NCBI GenBank assembly: GCA_049314435.1
Contig: JBMOFD010000063.1
Location: 1 to 10,770 of the forward strand
DNA: 10,770 nt
Source of the DNA: Chlamydiia bacterium
Lineage (GTDB): Bacteria; Chlamydiota; Chlamydiia; Chlamydiales; JBMOFD01
Direction: 5' to 3'
Part shown: positions 8,170-10,770 of the stretch, one piece after another
How the letters are laid out: every line of letters starts with the position of its first letter
Position numbering within the stretch: the first letter of the stretch is position 1
Translations under genes and position numbers: made by a program
Notes under the pieces: model-generated
Database searches by the model: none
Told to the model about the DNA's origin: nothing
The model's input: only the letters and a program-made list of their open reading frames with translations

Positions 8170-9285
8170 ATGGACTTTTTATATATCACATGTGCGCGAG
8201 GTCTCGCGCCTGTCCTAGCGACAGAGATACAACGCCTCGGATTTGAGGTTGACCGTCGGACGGCCCATGGGGTCTATGTTCCGCTTTCTTTGGATGCTGT
8301 CTATGCCATCAACTACGGGTCGCGGATTGCGACACGTGTGCTGATGCCTTTACTGAGCTTCCGCTGCTTTGATCGTGAGGATCTTCTGCGGCAAGCCTCC
8401 CGGTTAGACTGGATGGCCTATGTCCCCGAAGGCTGCACCTTCGCGATCGATGCGACAGTGCGACACCCGTCAGGGCAGCACCCTGTCTTCCGCCATACGC
8501 TCTTTGCGGCCCAGGTAGTGAAAGATGCCATCTGTGATCAGTACCGTGAGCGCACGGGGGAGAGACCCTCTGTACAGACGCGCGATCCAGACGTGCAACT
8601 ACACCTCAAGATCGATGGGGATCGCGCTGTGATCAGTATCGATACATCGGGAACGCCTCTCTTCCAGCGCGGCTACCGGATGTCAGGTGGTGTGGCTCCT
8701 CTCCAGGAGAGTCTGGCCGCGGCGGTCCTCACCATGGCGGGATTTGATGGGACGCAGGATCTGATGGATCCCTTCTGTGGGTCGGGAACGATCTTGCTAG
8801 AAGCTCATCTGATGGCGACGCGTACTCCTCCAGGGAAGTGGCGCCAGCGTTGGGGATTCATGCACATGCCCGATCATGATCAGGAGCTCTTTGACAAGGT
8901 GAAGGCTCACCTCCATGCTAAGGAGCGCCCCATCACCTGTCGTTTGATGGGCTGTGACATCAGTGCAGAGGCCGTGAATCTATCTAGGGCTCATGCTCAG
9001 AAGGTAGGAGCCGATCTCCATATCACCCTGTCCGACTGCATCCGATACCGTCCGCCTGCGGCTCCTGGTCTTGTAGTTACCAACCCTCCTTACGGGCATC
9101 GTTTGGCTACCGTGCCTCTCGCGCACCTTCTGACCGTGAAGTGTCCTGTTTACCTGCTTTCAACGGAGCAGAGCCCACTTCCTGTTCCACCGCTGCAATC
9201 GCATGAATTGACCAACGGGGGGCTTCCCACATGGCTGCATTCCTACTCCGCAGCTGCACGCGCCTTGTCTACACTCTCTTCCTAG
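8170..9285 (+). CDS. THUMP-domain class I SAM-dependent RNA methyltransferase, RlmL-type (probable 23S rRNA m2G2445)
   Basis: SRIATRVL, THUMP segment VKDAICDQYR...RPSV, IDTSGTPLFQRGYR, APLQESLAAA, motif I DPFCGSGT and motif IV NPPYG. Confidence 0.9.
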   Translation: MDFLYITCARGLAPVLATEIQRLGFEVDRRTAHGVYVPLSLDAVYAINYGSRIATRVLMPLLSFRCFDREDLLRQASRLDWMAYVPEGCTFAIDATVRHPSGQHPVFRHTLFAAQVVKDAICDQYRERTGERPSVQTRDPDVQLHLKIDGDRAVISIDTSGTPLFQRGYRMSGGVAPLQESLAAAVLTMAGFDGTQDLMDPFCGSGTILLEAHLMATRTPPGKWRQRWGFMHMPDHDQELFDKVKAHLHAKERPITCRLMGCDISAEAVNLSRAHAQKVGADLHITLSDCIRYRPPAAPGLVVTNPPYGHRLATVPLAHLLTVKCPVYLLSTEQSPLPVPPLQSHELTNGGLPTWLHSYSAAARALSTLSS

Positions 9286-9953
9286 TGGTGTCAGGAGGCT
9301 TAGGCGCTCAGGCTATTGAGCGCCTGAGCGACCTGAGACCCCAGTCAGGAGATCTGGTCGTCCTCGATGTCGATGAAACTCTGATCTGTCCTGTGACTTC
9401 AGCCGTGCAACTATGGAATCACGCCTACCGTGAACGGTGGCGGAGTCGTCTGGGATCCGATTGGGAATCTGCTTTCTCTCGCTACTGGAGCTCCGATCGT
9501 CGCCAGCATGTGGATCCTGGAGCCGTAGAGGTGATCCGTAACTGGCGGCGACAGGGTGTCTACGTGATCGCTCTGACCTCTAGAAGTGCAGTGCGCCCCG
9601 ATGGCTGCCAAGCGCATCCGCAGCTCCTATCGCAGCTGCAAGGTATGGGATATCTCTTCACATCATGTGAGGGTGTTCCCAGCGGTCTTGGCATCACAAA
9701 TGGAGGCTGTAAGGCGTCCTATCTTCTTGAACAAGTTCCGATAGCACGTAGGGTGCCCACCGTATGGCTGGTGGACGATAGCAAGACCACGCTACAGAGA
9801 GCCCGTTGCTCCTGGACATTAGAACATCCCTCCCTCGAGACGGTCCATTTTTGTGGTGCTGAAGCCCACCGCCGACCCTTCGATCCCTTCCTAGCTGACT
9901 ATGGCGTCCTTCAGTTCCTGGAGCGGGACGACTGGGCGGTCGTCAGTTTCTAG
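9231..9953 (+). CDS. HAD-superfamily protein, DUF2608-like, possible signal peptide
   Basis: HAD motif I VVLDVDETL, motif II ALTSR, motif III lysine (GCKA) and motif IV LVDDS. The hydrophobic N-terminus ends in A-Q-A. GGGGGG lies 8 nt upstream of the ATG. The gene overlaps the previous one by 55 nt, so the start is uncertain. Confidence 0.75.
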   Translation: MAAFLLRSCTRLVYTLFLVVSGGLGAQAIERLSDLRPQSGDLVVLDVDETLICPVTSAVQLWNHAYRERWRSRLGSDWESAFSRYWSSDRRQHVDPGAVEVIRNWRRQGVYVIALTSRSAVRPDGCQAHPQLLSQLQGMGYLFTSCEGVPSGLGITNGGCKASYLLEQVPIARRVPTVWLVDDSKTTLQRARCSWTLEHPSLETVHFCGAEAHRRPFDPFLADYGVLQFLERDDWAVVSF

Positions 9954-10015
9954 AGTTGCTCAACAAATCGGTCTCGATCATACGCAGGTAAGGCGAGCTT
10001 GTTCGAGGAGGCTCT

Positions 10016-10168
10016 ATGGCCGTGATCTACGCACTGCTTTTCATGGGCTACATTGCTGCGATGCGAGACAAGAGAGCGCTCTGCCTAGCCTTCTGCCTCG
10101 CGGCTCTTGGGCTAGTCGTTGGCGTTTTCTTCTTCCAGATGACCGATCTGGTTCCTGTGAGGTTCTGA
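10016..10168 (+). CDS. Small 50-aa two-TM membrane protein, DUF5993-like (absent from the ORF track)
   Basis: Hand translation: MAVIYALLFMGYIAAMRDKRALCLAFCLAALGLVVGVFFFQMTDLVPVRF*. Strong GAGGAGG Shine-Dalgarno sequence just upstream of the ATG, and the stop overlaps the dsbB start (TGATG). Confidence 0.85.
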   Translation: MAVIYALLFMGYIAAMRDKRALCLAFCLAALGLVVGVFFFQMTDLVPVRF

Positions 10169-10710
10169 TGAATCGATCAAACTACTGGGTCCATCTTCAG
10201 TACGGTCTCTTGGCCTTCCTCAGCGTGCTGTTAGTCCTGATCCTCATGGGGACCATCGGATCCGCCTTGGGATACAGCCTTGACACTGGGCTTCTTCCCT
10301 GCCCACTCTGCTATCTCCAGCGGTCTGCCATGATGGTCGTGGGCATTGCCGCTTTGTTGAATGTGCGCCTAGGCTCTAGACCAGGACACGACGCTCTCAT
10401 GCTCCTAGCTGCTCTGGTTGGAGGAGCTGTTTCGATCCGGCAGATCCTTCTGCACCTCTGTCCTGGATTTCCTACCTACGATGCCCATCTCTTTGGTCTA
10501 GGACTCTATACCTGGGCCTTCCTGGTCTTTGTCGGGACCATCCTCTTTGTCGTCGTGCACCTGACTTTACTGGATGCAGTGCCCGATCGTGCGCCAGTTA
10601 TTAAAAACAAAATATATACTGCGGTGGAAATCCTTTTCGGTCTGTTAATCTTGGTGAACCTCGCTGAGGTCGTCTGGCAGTGCGGTTGGGGGCCGTGCCA
10701 GGATGTCTGA
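10168..10710 (+). CDS. dsbB: Disulfide bond formation protein B family membrane protein
   Basis: PCPLCYLQR motif, SIRQILLH, FGLGLYTWAF and five hydrophobic segments. Start reassigned from 9901 to ATG 10168 (GAGG upstream, TGATG coupling), giving 180 aa. Confidence 0.85.
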   Translation: MNRSNYWVHLQYGLLAFLSVLLVLILMGTIGSALGYSLDTGLLPCPLCYLQRSAMMVVGIAALLNVRLGSRPGHDALMLLAALVGGAVSIRQILLHLCPGFPTYDAHLFGLGLYTWAFLVFVGTILFVVVHLTLLDAVPDRAPVIKNKIYTAVEILFGLLILVNLAEVVWQCGWGPCQDV

Positions 10711-10770
10711 ACTCAGCAACCTCATTGGGTCGATTTAAAAAACCACGCTGTAGCATCAAGAGTTTAATTT

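Noticed and set aside
9293..9298. AGGAGG just after the rlmL stop as an alternative RBS for the HAD gene
   Set aside because: No in-frame ATG, GTG or TTG follows at a suitable spacing.
437..9617. Numerous 60-131 aa antisense or alternate-frame ORFs in the track (e.g. 2926-3321, 7039-7380, 7109-7450)
   Set aside because: They lie wholly or mostly within well-supported genes, have no recognisable motifs, and are typical shadow ORFs of GC-rich DNA.
9901..10167. 89-aa N-terminal extension of DsbB
   Set aside because: The sequence is not protein-like, and the region is better explained by the 50-aa ORF in another frame with a strong RBS.
10711..10770. AT-rich tail after dsbB, with a 9-mer (CATCAAGAG) shared with the 8139 region
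   Set aside because: There is no clear hairpin or recognisable element, a single 9-mer match is expected by chance, and the window edge truncates the context.
1..10770. CRISPR arrays, tRNA/rRNA genes, IS elements or tandem repeats
   Set aside because: The window is almost fully protein-coding with gaps of at most about 110 bp, and no such patterns were seen by eye.

Overview
The window looks like chromosomal DNA from a member of the Chlamydiota with unusually high GC (four hand-counted 60-nt lines gave 45-60%). The minus strand carries the conserved chlamydial type III secretion (T3SS) operon cdsU(sctU)-cdsV(sctV)-copN(sctW)-scc1-malQ, tightly coupled and divergent from ychF. The plus strand then carries ychF, a stand-alone RlmL-type THUMP rRNA methyltransferase, a DUF2608-like HAD protein with a possible signal peptide, a 50-aa membrane ORF missing from the ORF track (DUF5993-like) and a DsbB-family gene coupled to it. 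A DUF6790-like membrane gene at the left edge has a disrupted 5' end. The main system is a known one. The most notable extras are a C-terminal tail on CopN matching the bipartite nuclear localisation signal consensus, the small gene coupled to an atypical DsbB, and the base composition and stop-codon usage. No RNA genes, CRISPR arrays or mobile elements were recognised. Family names come from recalled motifs, not from database searches.
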